NCBI GenBank assembly: GCA_963704675.1
Contig: OY969928.1
Coordinates: 631,539-695,538, forward strand
From: an uncultured Candidatus Saccharibacteria bacterium
Lineage (GTDB): Bacteria; Patescibacteriota; Saccharimonadia; Saccharimonadales; Saccharimonadaceae
Reading direction: 5' to 3'
DNA: 64,000 nucleotides
In this document: one piece after another, positions 28,717 to 37,560 of the stretch
Numbering within the stretch: the first letter of the stretch is position 1
Layout of the letters: the number at the start of each line of letters is the position of its first letter
Notes under the pieces: generated by a model
The model's database searches: none
The model's input: only the letters and a program-made list of their open reading frames with translations
What the model was told of the DNA's origin: nothing
Made by a program: the position numbers and the translations under genes

Positions 28717-28752
28717 GCGCTTTTTGTTAGCGCAGGTTAATTTACAGGTGTA

Positions 28753-28781
28753 ATTGTATCATGATCCTACCGTTTTTACAA
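28753..28781 (-). promoter_or_regulatory. candidate promoter of the rpsF-ssb-rpsR operon
   Basis: Minus strand: TTGTAA, a 17-nt spacer, then TACAAT. Confidence 0.45.
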
Positions 28782-28874
28782 TTCTGGCAGCTTACAACCT
28801 CAATCCACTAATCAGAAGAAATACTGTTGTAATTTTAGGGTTTACTCATAAAATTTATTTGCTATACTGCTTAT

Positions 28875-29056
28875 GTCTACACTTAGTCTTGTGCTGAGAA
28901 TTTGTTAGCTATTTTCTCTATTCTTTATCCACTGGCCGAAATGGGTAGCGATTAATAATGCAGTGGATAACCCTGCTAGGTGTAGACACCTTGCAATCGC
29001 TACCCTCACGGATAACTAATAACACAACACACGATAGAGTATCGGTGTTTTTATTT
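28875..29056 (+). promoter_or_regulatory. structured leader: three nested/pseudoknotted perfect stems plus a weak hairpin with T-run, upstream of the tail-fibre-like operon
   Basis: Stem A is 28875-86/28976-87 (12 bp, one G-U). Stem B is 28925-34/28961-70 (10 bp). Stem C is 28943-53/28995-29005 (11 bp). These are followed by acacgat..atcggtgt and ttttattt. Confidence 0.4.
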
Positions 29057-29077
29057 GACGCAAAAAAATGGAGGAAT

Positions 29078-29704
29078 ATGTCAAGACTACCAATACCCGG
29101 CGCAGACTTTGGAGACTGGGGAGAAATATTAAATGACTTTTTAAAACGCGAGCATACATCAGACGGTGCTTTAAAGATACGTGCTGACGGAACATTAAGT
29201 GGTTTATATAAAAAACCATCAAGCGGCATACCCGAAAACGATCTTGATAGCATTATTCAAAACAAACTGAACACCACTCTGCCCGCATCTACAAGCAGCC
29301 TTGGGGGGATTCAACTATCTGGTGATCTTGCAGGAAGCGCCACTACACCTGTTGTGCCGGCACTTAATACTAAGGCAGATATTGTCGAAGCTGTGAATAT
29401 CATAACTACTAGTAATAGTACCTTGACACTCCCAGATGTAACAACCGCTACCGTTCACGACGTTACACTTACTACCGATCTTATCATTACGCTGCCGACC
29501 CCTAGTGCCGGTAAAAGCTTGACACTTATCGTACGCCAAGATAGCAGTGGAGGACATAGTATTACTTGGCCTCCGGCGGTGAAATGGCCAAGCGGCATCC
29601 CAATGGAATTAACACCTACCGCAAATGCTATTGATGTTATCACATTTCTAGGGTTAAGTTCATCAGCGTGGCTTGGTTTTCAATCAGGATACGATCTACG
29701 ATGA
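29078..29704 (+). CDS. phage tail-fibre/receptor-binding-like protein
   Basis: The start MSRLPIPGADFGDWGEILNDFLKREHTSDGALK follows a GGAGG RBS. In my memory the N-terminal D-x-WG-x-ILN-x-FL..H..DG motif resembles actinophage minor tail proteins. The track ORF start at 28958 is less likely. Confidence 0.5.
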   Translation: MSRLPIPGADFGDWGEILNDFLKREHTSDGALKIRADGTLSGLYKKPSSGIPENDLDSIIQNKLNTTLPASTSSLGGIQLSGDLAGSATTPVVPALNTKADIVEAVNIITTSNSTLTLPDVTTATVHDVTLTTDLIITLPTPSAGKSLTLIVRQDSSGGHSITWPPAVKWPSGIPMELTPTANAIDVITFLGLSSSAWLGFQSGYDLR

Positions 29705-30873
29705 AAGCTGCTGTACGCATGAAGCAGCCGAGTTCAGTGCAGCAAGACTTAGTGATCCGTCGTGTCACCAACGAGCTCGCAATCTTTGGCCAGTGGTTAA
29801 ACAGAAATAACGTTAGAGGAGTTATCTCTGAAATTGGATGGCCTAACAACGCTTATCCTCAACTTTGGAATAATGTCGCTAAAGCATGGTATAGAGAAGC
29901 AAATAAATGGCACCTGCCCGTCCTTGCCTTTACCGCACAAGGCCCTGGCACGAATGTAGCGCAACTCACTATGTACAGCAGGAGTAATGGATCTGTTAGC
30001 GGCGGGCAATCTATAGATAAAGCAAATCAGCAGGCAAAAGTGAGCGAAGCATTTCAAACTACACCAGAATACTGGAGAGGCATTGATATATTCGGCGGTG
30101 CTGCCAACGATGGTGGCGGAGATGGTAACCCCTCTATCATGAATAATGTGCAGCAAAACACCTGGTGGTATGAAACGCCCGGCACATATACCTATTTAGC
30201 GAGTAGAGGTTATAAGGTTGCTCGTATAGGATTTCGATGGGAACGACTCCAACCAACACTAGGAGCTGCTCTCGACACTACAGAGGTAAACCGACTGCAG
30301 AATACTATTTCAAATGCTCAAAACGCTGGCATGCAGGTAGTGCTCGATCTACATAACTATAGTCGCTACGTGACTCCTAGTGGAGTCACTATACTTGGCA
30401 CAGCTCAACTACCGATAAGCGCCTTCATTGACGTATGGAGCCGCATTGCCACCACTTTTCAATCAAATACGGGTGTACTTGCCTACTCATTAATGAACGA
30501 GCCACATGATATGCCTCGAACGCCTCTGGGAGAGCCCTCTGCTAAGCACTGGGAGGCAGCGGCCCAATCAGCAGTCAATACAATTCGCCAAGCTGGAGAT
30601 ACTCACGAAATTCATGTTTCAGTTTATGAATGGGGGCGTGCACAAAACACTCCTCTTCACCATGCCACTGCATGGATCGTAGATCCAGCTAGCAATATAC
30701 GCTACGAAGCCCATCATTATCTCTACTTGCATCACGCTACGGCCATTAATTACCCAGATAGCTTCCAAACAGAGCTGCAAGATGCAAGTGGTATCTGGAC
30801 ACAAGAGATGACTCCAGGAAAACAGTGGGCCAATTACGCCAATTTAACATGGAATCAACTAATAGGAGCTTAG
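29701..30873 (+). CDS. glycoside hydrolase family 5 (cellulase-like)
   Basis: Acid/base region VLAYSLMNEPHD (NEP) and nucleophile region VSVYEWG. There is an ATGA overlap with the upstream stop. Confidence 0.65.
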   Translation: MKAAVRMKQPSSVQQDLVIRRVTNELAIFGQWLNRNNVRGVISEIGWPNNAYPQLWNNVAKAWYREANKWHLPVLAFTAQGPGTNVAQLTMYSRSNGSVSGGQSIDKANQQAKVSEAFQTTPEYWRGIDIFGGAANDGGGDGNPSIMNNVQQNTWWYETPGTYTYLASRGYKVARIGFRWERLQPTLGAALDTTEVNRLQNTISNAQNAGMQVVLDLHNYSRYVTPSGVTILGTAQLPISAFIDVWSRIATTFQSNTGVLAYSLMNEPHDMPRTPLGEPSAKHWEAAAQSAVNTIRQAGDTHEIHVSVYEWGRAQNTPLHHATAWIVDPASNIRYEAHHYLYLHHATAINYPDSFQTELQDASGIWTQEMTPGKQWANYANLTWNQLIGA

Positions 30874-30877
30874 AAAT

Positions 30878-31522
30878 ATGGCAACCTTTACACCAAACCT
30901 CGAATTAAAACAACATAACCCCAACGATCCTATTGACCCCGTTGATGCCTTTGCAAGTAACTTCGGTAAGATATCTGGGCTATATCAAGACGGCAATTCA
31001 ATATCAAATGGCATTTCGACATGTGACCGACGATTTGCAGATGGAACTATTACCCCGATCTCGGGCGAAATATACTTTTCTTATTTTACCTCGCCTCGAG
31101 GTAGCTTGAGCGGCGGCATTGTTTCTAAAATCGAATTAAGAACTGGTTCCCAGATTGCCAGTGGAGTAACCCTTGCACGTATTGGGCTTTATACTGTCAA
31201 TTCCGGTGATCAAGCATTAGCTCTCGTTGCCAGTACCGCAAATGAAACCAGCGGCTGGACAACTACTTTCACTGGTGTTGTTAAAAATCTTTCTGCTACC
31301 TATACGCTACAAGTTGGCAAACGCTATGCTCTAGGGGTTCTATTTGTGGCAACAACACCACCCAGCTACGTCCGCTACAAATGTAGCACCGATTTCGCTC
31401 TCAATGCTGTTCCCCCTCGCTTATGCGGCAAATTAGCCAGTCAATCTGACCTGCCTACCAACATCGCAGATAATATACTTGCGACAACTAGCGGAGGAGG
31501 CTTTGTTAGCCTTTTGCCATAA
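30878..31522 (+). CDS. hypothetical protein with phage tail-fibre-like N-terminus
   Basis: MATFTPNLELKQHNPNDPIDPVDAFASNFGKI resembles the TPNLGL..P...D......N...ID motif seen at N-termini of tail-fibre-type proteins. This is from memory. Confidence 0.4.
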   Translation: MATFTPNLELKQHNPNDPIDPVDAFASNFGKISGLYQDGNSISNGISTCDRRFADGTITPISGEIYFSYFTSPRGSLSGGIVSKIELRTGSQIASGVTLARIGLYTVNSGDQALALVASTANETSGWTTTFTGVVKNLSATYTLQVGKRYALGVLFVATTPPSYVRYKCSTDFALNAVPPRLCGKLASQSDLPTNIADNILATTSGGGFVSLLP

Positions 31523-31555
31523 GGATTTTATATCTGTTAAAATTATTAAAAAGTA

Positions 31556-31584
31556 TTGACATTACTCAATTATTATGTATAAAT
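31556..31584 (+). promoter_or_regulatory. near-consensus sigma70-type promoter in front of the glycosylation island
   Basis: TTGACA (31556-61), a 16-17 nt spacer, then TG-TATAAA(T). The context gtaTTGACa is shared with two other islet promoters. Confidence 0.5.
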
Positions 31585-31712
31585 GTAAGGAGCTTATAGA
31601 AGGCCAGCCCGAACAGGGCTGCTTTTTATGGGTGAAGGCGCTCTCGCTCAAAAAGCTAGGGGCCGCCTTTACAATTTGAAGTGTAGACAACGTTCTTTGA
31701 AAGGACTTCGTT

Positions 31713-34355
31713 TTGACGTCCCAGCAAGCCCCTGAGTATAGCGGCAAGAAGCGCAAGCTTCTGTTCGCTGCCGTGGGAATAACTGTAATGTTGCTCAGCT
31801 TTGTCGAGCTTTACGTCATGATCAGCATTTTCGGCATGGAAGCGTGGCTAGCCTACGCTATTCAGACAGTGCTGAGCGTGGAGCTCAACTTCGCGGGCAA
31901 CTGGATTCTCACTTTCCGTGACCGGAGACGCGAGAACAGCATCTGGAAGTCTTTACTGCTGTTTCACGCGACGCGAGTGTTCACCATCCCGTTCAACCAG
32001 GTCCTCTTCACCCTCCAGGTGTCGTGGGTACCGGTGTGGGAGTGGACAATCACAGCACCGTGGCCCATCAATCTCCTCGGAGAAAGCGGTCCGATCCTCA
32101 TTGCGCAAGCGGTGTGTATCGTCGCTACGACTGTTCTCAATTACGTCGCCGGTGACAAGCTGGCGTTCGGAGGAAAGTGGGCAAAAAAAGACTCAGCGCC
32201 GACGACATCACCGTTGCCGGCGCCAGAGTTGCCTGACAACCTTCCTTTCGTCAGCATCGTCATACCTGTTAAGAGCTCAGTGCCAACAGATACCCTGGAG
32301 GCACTTTGTCAGCAAACCTACCCCGGAGGCAACTTCGAGGTCATTGTGGTTGGCGACCTGGGCAGTCCAAGCCTTGCATCCATCAGGGAGCTGGACGTTC
32401 CATTCACTCTACAGGTACTCGAAGTTCAGGTTCGTACGCCGCGGCGTGATTCAAACGCCAAACGCGGGCGTGGTCTGAAAAAGGCGATCGGTGACATATT
32501 GGTCGTCATTGACGGTGACGTACTCCCTCGAAAGGAGTGGCTCTCACGAGTCGTCTCGCATCTTACCGTTGGCGGCCACCAGGCAGTCGCCGGCCCGCTC
32601 AGCGGGCACGGTGACTCTTGGTGGAATCGATACATCGACCACAATCGCATAGCCAGCAAAACACCTCGCATGACGACCGCTTATGAGGTCAACGGGTCAA
32701 ATACGCATCGCCGTAAGTTGCCCGTAACGGCTAATTTCGCGTGCCGCCGTGAGGTCTTCGAAAAAGTTGGCGGTCCGGATACTCGCTTCACCAATTCGTA
32801 CGAGGATTATTCGTGGTTCGAAACAATTGTGCAAAATGGCATAACCATTTACTGTGACCCGACGCTGGAAACCCCACGTCATCACCGAAGTGGGCTGTGG
32901 TCACTTCTCGACGAGTACAAGCGTTCAGGCATGGGCTGTGCTGACTTCATCGTCGCCTTCCCTTCCTCGCGCTTCGCTCGGAAACGAATTGTCCAGATCG
33001 TTTGCACAGCCGGTATCAGTATCGGCACCTTGGTGTGTGCATGGCTTAACCCCCTGCTGCTCACCGCGTTCGGTCCGTTCCTGGTACTAATCATGCTAGC
33101 CAACTGGGTCAACACAAAACGCACAGCAAGTCTCGCCTACCCGTTCGTGACCCTACTGCTTGCGAGCAGATTCCTACAAGGAGTATTCTCGCGCTTCCTG
33201 CGACAAGGCTTCCGTCACCCCACGGATTCCTATGTTGTTGAGGAACGATCATCGTTCACTGCCGGAGAAGCAGGCTGGCCATCAGTGAGCGTCGTAGTGC
33301 CCGTCAAGGATCGCCCTGGAACCATCCGCTCATTGGTTAACTCCTTGCTCGCCCAAGAATACAAGGGCGACATAGAGATTATCCTCGTGGGCGATGTGGG
33401 TGATACCACCTGGAATCCCATTCGATCCCTGATCGAGAAAGGGAAGATACGAGCCATAGAGGCTGATGTCGAATCCGCTGGACGTGATGCAAACGCCAAG
33501 CGTAATGTTGGTCTCACGGCTGCTAAGGGCGAGGTACTGATTCTCACCGACAGCGACATGGTTCTACCAAGTCACTGGCTTGAGAAGGGTGTCACGCTCA
33601 TGCGTCGGTCTGGCCACAAGATCGTGGCGGGGTCGATGCGAAGCGTAGAGGCAGCCGTCGAGAGCTCTTCGAGTTTTTGGGGGATGTACACCGATCTCAA
33701 TCCATTCGGAAGTAAAACCCCACGGATGGATCCAGCGTACGTCATTACGCCGCATAACCTCGGAAGGGGGAAAGAAAAGCCACCAATTACCGCGAGTATG
33801 TTCTTCGCACGCGAAGTGCTAGAAGCAACTGGCGGTCTCGATGCAAACTTTACCTCTCCGTACGAGGATTACCCCTTCGCCGATCAGATTATCGACGCAG
33901 GCTACTCGATCCTCTGCACGGATGAGCTGTCCGCCTACCACTACCATCGCGACGGCCTAAAGTCTCTCACCAAAGAGTACCTTCAGGCTGGTATCGGCTG
34001 TGCGGATTACATCCGCACATATCGCACCTCCCGATTTGCTGCAAAGCGTCTCGGGCAAGCGTTCGCGATGACTCTGTTCTTCATGACTGGCATTACGGCA
34101 ATGTGGCTGCTGCCCTTGGCAACAACGGCGGCTAGCTTCATCGGTATCACAGCGCTGGCTGGACTCAGCTGGCAGAAAACGAAACGCCCCATCGCGGCAA
34201 TCTTTCCGATCATCACAACTTACCTCGGCACTGTCTTCTACGTAGGGATAGTGACGGGAGCTGTAAGACGGTTTTGGTCAACCCAACCCGATACCCACAT
34301 CGTTGGAATACGGGAGATAACCGCAACGTTGGCACTGGAGGAAGACCATGTCTAA
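31713..34355 (+). CDS. fusion protein: GtrA-like N-terminal domain plus two tandem (GT2 glycosyltransferase + TM bundle) modules
   Basis: 880 aa with a TTG start. GtrA-like ..VLSVELNFAGNWILTFRDRR. GT2 module 1 is FVSIVIPVKS..VIDGDVLP. GT2 module 2 is VSVVVPVKDR..LTDSDMVLP. Each module is followed by GSKTPRM..YEDY..GCADF/Y..SRFA.KR and TM helices. Confidence 0.7.
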   Translation: MTSQQAPEYSGKKRKLLFAAVGITVMLLSFVELYVMISIFGMEAWLAYAIQTVLSVELNFAGNWILTFRDRRRENSIWKSLLLFHATRVFTIPFNQVLFTLQVSWVPVWEWTITAPWPINLLGESGPILIAQAVCIVATTVLNYVAGDKLAFGGKWAKKDSAPTTSPLPAPELPDNLPFVSIVIPVKSSVPTDTLEALCQQTYPGGNFEVIVVGDLGSPSLASIRELDVPFTLQVLEVQVRTPRRDSNAKRGRGLKKAIGDILVVIDGDVLPRKEWLSRVVSHLTVGGHQAVAGPLSGHGDSWWNRYIDHNRIASKTPRMTTAYEVNGSNTHRRKLPVTANFACRREVFEKVGGPDTRFTNSYEDYSWFETIVQNGITIYCDPTLETPRHHRSGLWSLLDEYKRSGMGCADFIVAFPSSRFARKRIVQIVCTAGISIGTLVCAWLNPLLLTAFGPFLVLIMLANWVNTKRTASLAYPFVTLLLASRFLQGVFSRFLRQGFRHPTDSYVVEERSSFTAGEAGWPSVSVVVPVKDRPGTIRSLVNSLLAQEYKGDIEIILVGDVGDTTWNPIRSLIEKGKIRAIEADVESAGRDANAKRNVGLTAAKGEVLILTDSDMVLPSHWLEKGVTLMRRSGHKIVAGSMRSVEAAVESSSSFWGMYTDLNPFGSKTPRMDPAYVITPHNLGRGKEKPPITASMFFAREVLEATGGLDANFTSPYEDYPFADQIIDAGYSILCTDELSAYHYHRDGLKSLTKEYLQAGIGCADYIRTYRTSRFAAKRLGQAFAMTLFFMTGITAMWLLPLATTAASFIGITALAGLSWQKTKRPIAAIFPIITTYLGTVFYVGIVTGAVRRFWSTQPDTHIVGIREITATLALEEDHV

Positions 34356-35832
34356 TATCAGACACCGCCACGCAGCAACCGTGGTAGGCAGTAAGGCGTT
34401 CTTACTCATCGGAGCAGTCATTGTCGTGCTCGGCGCTGCGCTCCGCTTCATCAACCTGTCCACTTGGCCGGGGGTGGAGTGGGACGAGAACGTCTACCGA
34501 GTAGTCGGTGAGCACGTCGCCCAGGCCGGTGACATCACCGCCAAAACCGAATACCTGGCCGCCGCTGAGCCGTACCTCTATCACCCGCCGTTCCACTTCG
34601 TGGTACTGGGCGGATGGTTCGAGATCTTTGGTTCATCGCTCCTGGCAGCTCGGGCACTTGCCGTTGTGGCATCTCTTGTCATGATGGTGGTGCTCAGTTA
34701 CTTCCTACGCTGGATGATCGGCAACTGGGCACTCCTGGCCGTCGGTCTCATCACCGTCGACGTGTGGATGATCTTCTCGAACCGCGTCTCGTGGATCGAG
34801 AACATCATGATCCCCGTGGGGATCATTGGCCTGTGGCTGTACCGTCGGGGCAGCGAGAAACATTCTTCTCGACTGTTCATCGCGGCCGGGATCGTACTTG
34901 GTCTGGCCGTCGCCTACAAGCACATCGGGCTCATTTTCCCGCTGGCTGTGGGCATCTGTTGGCTGCTCATGCGCAGACTTCACAACCTGCACGTGAAACT
35001 GTTCGCTGCTTTCGCGGCAACAAGTGGCCTCTACGTGGCTGCAATGGCACTGATCTTCGGCAAGGTGTACTTCGAGCAATCCGGCATCCAGTTCTTCCGT
35101 AGCACTGGAAGTCGCGAGTCTCGGGGTGCGCTCAACCTGAGCAACGTCATCACGCCGCTCGTCGATCAGTATGCCGTCTTCGTTGCAACCATGGTACTCG
35201 CGCTGGCGGCCGTGGTCCTGCTCCTGGTGCGCACTGCTCGAATCATCCAGCAGCGTAGCCTGGTCAGCCTGCAGCAGCACACGCTACTGTATGCTTGGGC
35301 AATGGCAGCACTGCTGTTCTTCCTGGTCCTCCAACTCCGTTTTCCCCACTACTTCATGCTCATGCTCATCCCACTGTTCTGCTATCTCGTCGCCGAGATC
35401 AAGTGGTTCAGCGAGAAGAGGCGTGCCAACGGCTCCAACCCCGCAGAGATGCGCAGGGTGATCGCGATCTGCGCCGTACTGGCGCTCGCGTTGAATGTCA
35501 ACGCCTTCATCCAGCGCTTCGTTACTCAAACCAGTGACGATGCGTTGACGGCAACGGCGAACTGGATGTCAGCAAACGCGCCGGCAGACGCCAAGGTTAT
35601 CACCGAAGAATCTGTCGGCTCCACCATCGGACAGCCTTACTGCAAGATCTGGAAGGGTGACGGCTGCGTCGGCGCCGAGTACGTGATTGTCTACACTTCG
35701 CACACGCAGAAGATCCCGGATAACCCCGGTCTTCGCCGCCTGATCGCCTCCGCTGGGTCCCCCGTCTTCACGACGCGGGGCTACAAGGAGATGATTACCG
35801 TGTACAAGCTGCCCTCTCCTGTGAGCGGCTAA
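34348..35832 (+). CDS. polytopic GT-C fold glycosyltransferase (PMT_2 / GT39 / ArnT-like)
   Basis: 494 aa with at least 10 TM segments. The first-loop acidic motif is EWDENVY (DE motif). It has a GGAGGA RBS and an 8-nt overlap with the upstream gene. Confidence 0.55.
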   Translation: MSNIRHRHAATVVGSKAFLLIGAVIVVLGAALRFINLSTWPGVEWDENVYRVVGEHVAQAGDITAKTEYLAAAEPYLYHPPFHFVVLGGWFEIFGSSLLAARALAVVASLVMMVVLSYFLRWMIGNWALLAVGLITVDVWMIFSNRVSWIENIMIPVGIIGLWLYRRGSEKHSSRLFIAAGIVLGLAVAYKHIGLIFPLAVGICWLLMRRLHNLHVKLFAAFAATSGLYVAAMALIFGKVYFEQSGIQFFRSTGSRESRGALNLSNVITPLVDQYAVFVATMVLALAAVVLLLVRTARIIQQRSLVSLQQHTLLYAWAMAALLFFLVLQLRFPHYFMLMLIPLFCYLVAEIKWFSEKRRANGSNPAEMRRVIAICAVLALALNVNAFIQRFVTQTSDDALTATANWMSANAPADAKVITEESVGSTIGQPYCKIWKGDGCVGAEYVIVYTSHTQKIPDNPGLRRLIASAGSPVFTTRGYKEMITVYKLPSPVSG

Positions 35833-35839
35833 CACGATC

Positions 35840-35885
35840 AAGGGCCCCGTGCGCATGCAATCAAATGCAAGCGTTCGGGGCCCTT
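35840..35885 (+). terminator. 10-bp perfect GC hairpin after the GT-C gene
   Basis: aagggccccg ... cggggccctt with a 26-nt loop. Confidence 0.4.
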
Positions 35886-35957
35886 TCAAATTGTATAACT
35901 TTAGCCGTTCTGGATTGGGTGTAATTTTCGAATAAAAAGTCTTCAGAAAAGCGCTCG

Positions 35958-35988
35958 CCTGGGGTCGTGGTTTGTCCACGACCCCAGG
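35958..35988 (-). terminator. 13-bp perfect GC hairpin after the Ppm1-like gene
   Basis: cctggggtcgtgg-tttgt-ccacgaccccagg, 12 nt past the stop codon. Confidence 0.6.
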
Positions 35989-36000
35989 CATTGACACCCT

Positions 36001-36774
36001 TTAGCTACTGGCGACCAGCGCACGCCTAGTAGCAAATCGCAACCGCAGCAATTGCCGCACGAATTTGAAGCCCGTGCGAATGTCGCTCTTTGTGTTACCG
36101 GCCGTTCGTTCACCGAACTGCATCGGTAGTTCCAGAATGCGCAGGCCGCGATGAGCACACAGCAGTTCGACCAAGATCTTGAATCCGTCAGACTTCAGAC
36201 GATCAATGTCAACAGCCGAACGACGAAATACGAAGTAACCGGTCATCGGATCGCTCACTTCGCCAAGCAGACGTGGGAACAATAACTTCGCCGCCAAGTT
36301 CGTGCCACGCGAAACAACGTGCCGCATGAACCCGTTCAACCCATCGGCACTGCCGCCACTGCGATAACGGCTCGTCGTGACTACGTCTACACACTCTGCT
36401 ATCTGGAATAGTAGCCTCGAGAGATAGGCGGGGTGTTGACCATCACCGTCAATGACACAAACGTATTCGTCAGTACTGCACATGCGAATACCGTGTACCA
36501 CCGCACCCGACAAGCCGTCGATGCGCTCCGCCCCCACCCGACGGAACCCCTCGACAACAAAACGCGACGTGCCAAACTCGGCAGCCGCGGTGGTAACAGC
36601 ATCTACCGTGGCAGTATTCTTGCTATCATCGATGACAAGCAGGCGAGTTACACCATCCAGCGGTGCCACCGCTTCTCTCAATAACTTCACCAGCAAGCTG
36701 ATGTTCTGGGCTTCATCGATTGTCGGCGCAATGATTGTACGTGTCGGAGCGTTGTGCTCGCGGACAGCAGACAT
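36001..36774 (-). CDS. polyprenol-phosphate glycosyltransferase (GT2; Ppm1/DPM1/GtrB-like)
   Basis: ..LLVIDDSKN..VCVIDGDGQHPP-like (DGDGQHPA)..SDPMTGYFVFRR..GFKILVELL..ERTAGNTK. The start at Met37 (36774) is preceded by GGAGG. Confidence 0.8.
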   Translation of the reverse strand: MSAVREHNAPTRTIIAPTIDEAQNISLLVKLLREAVAPLDGVTRLLVIDDSKNTATVDAVTTAAAEFGTSRFVVEGFRRVGAERIDGLSGAVVHGIRMCSTDEYVCVIDGDGQHPAYLSRLLFQIAECVDVVTTSRYRSGGSADGLNGFMRHVVSRGTNLAAKLLFPRLLGEVSDPMTGYFVFRRSAVDIDRLKSDGFKILVELLCAHRGLRILELPMQFGERTAGNTKSDIRTGFKFVRQLLRLRFATRRALVASS

Positions 36775-37056
36775 CAATACCTCCAAGAGAGCTATGTACT
36801 CCATGCAGCATCTTGACCGCTTTTGCGGATGTCGTCCTACATTATACATTAAACTAAATATTTTGTAAACTAATATATGCAAAAATTATTTCTAAAAGAC
36901 CAAACATATAACGTATTGATCAGCGCCGCGCAGAAAAAGGCCACCTCTATACTTACAGCCAGTATTACTCACAAGGGGCATGATTAAGCGCAACGACTAT
37001 TACGACAACGAGAGTCATATTTACGCCTCAGATGGCACTAACTGGTGTATCGCTGG

Positions 37057-37398
37057 TTAGACGCTTTGCTGCTCTAAGTAATGATGCTCGTTTGCCTTTT
37101 CGTCATCAAAAGCTCGTAAGTGTACGGCAATATAATGGTTTATTTGCTCAACAGCAATAGTGCCAAGCCCTTCAATAAGAACGTGAAGGCCCGGCGTCAC
37201 AGAAAGCTTCTCATTTTTAGGGGAATCACCAGCTGCTTCTCCGTAAACGGCGATCACGTTTTCTGGTAATTGCCCTTCTTTATAACCCATTAAAGCAGTT
37301 TGCGCTAAATCATATAATTCTTGGCCCCGATCGTCAGACTTTTCTCTGGTAGGCTCTTGGTCCAAAGGCCTAATGAGGCCCTCAACAGTTGCTGTCAT
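37057..37398 (-). CDS. hypothetical protein
   Basis: 113-aa ORF with no motif. Confidence 0.4.
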   Translation of the reverse strand: MTATVEGLIRPLDQEPTREKSDDRGQELYDLAQTALMGYKEGQLPENVIAVYGEAAGDSPKNEKLSVTPGLHVLIEGLGTIAVEQINHYIAVHLRAFDDEKANEHHYLEQQSV

Positions 37399-37560
37399 AG
37401 AAGTTCCTATTTACTTACAACAAGAGTAAATCAATAATATACACATATCAAGTGTATATTATTGTCATCTTAACAACAAGTTACGACGATTCCCCATTTA
37501 TTCTAGGCACTTGTTTTTAAAGTATTAACAATATAAAGATAAACCGTTAATAGATTGTTA

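Noticed and set aside
28958-29077. Track start (ATG 28958) for the tail-fibre-like ORF, and the long N-terminal extensions of ORFs 5240..6610, 7063..7650, 39846..40670, 42851..43474, 53016..54983, 57063..57887 and 36001..36882.
   Set aside because: The extended starts overlap upstream genes or structured RNA and lack RBSs. Internal Met codons give canonical N-termini (prepilin motif, lipobox, GGAGG-preceded starts) and remove the overlaps.
28981-31689. Recurring 9-mers (gtgtagaca at 28981 and 31681; gtgcgacag at 44340 and 55988) as possible shared boundary motifs.
   Set aside because: Matches of 9 nt are expected many times by chance in 64 kb on two strands. They have no consistent position relative to the islet edges.
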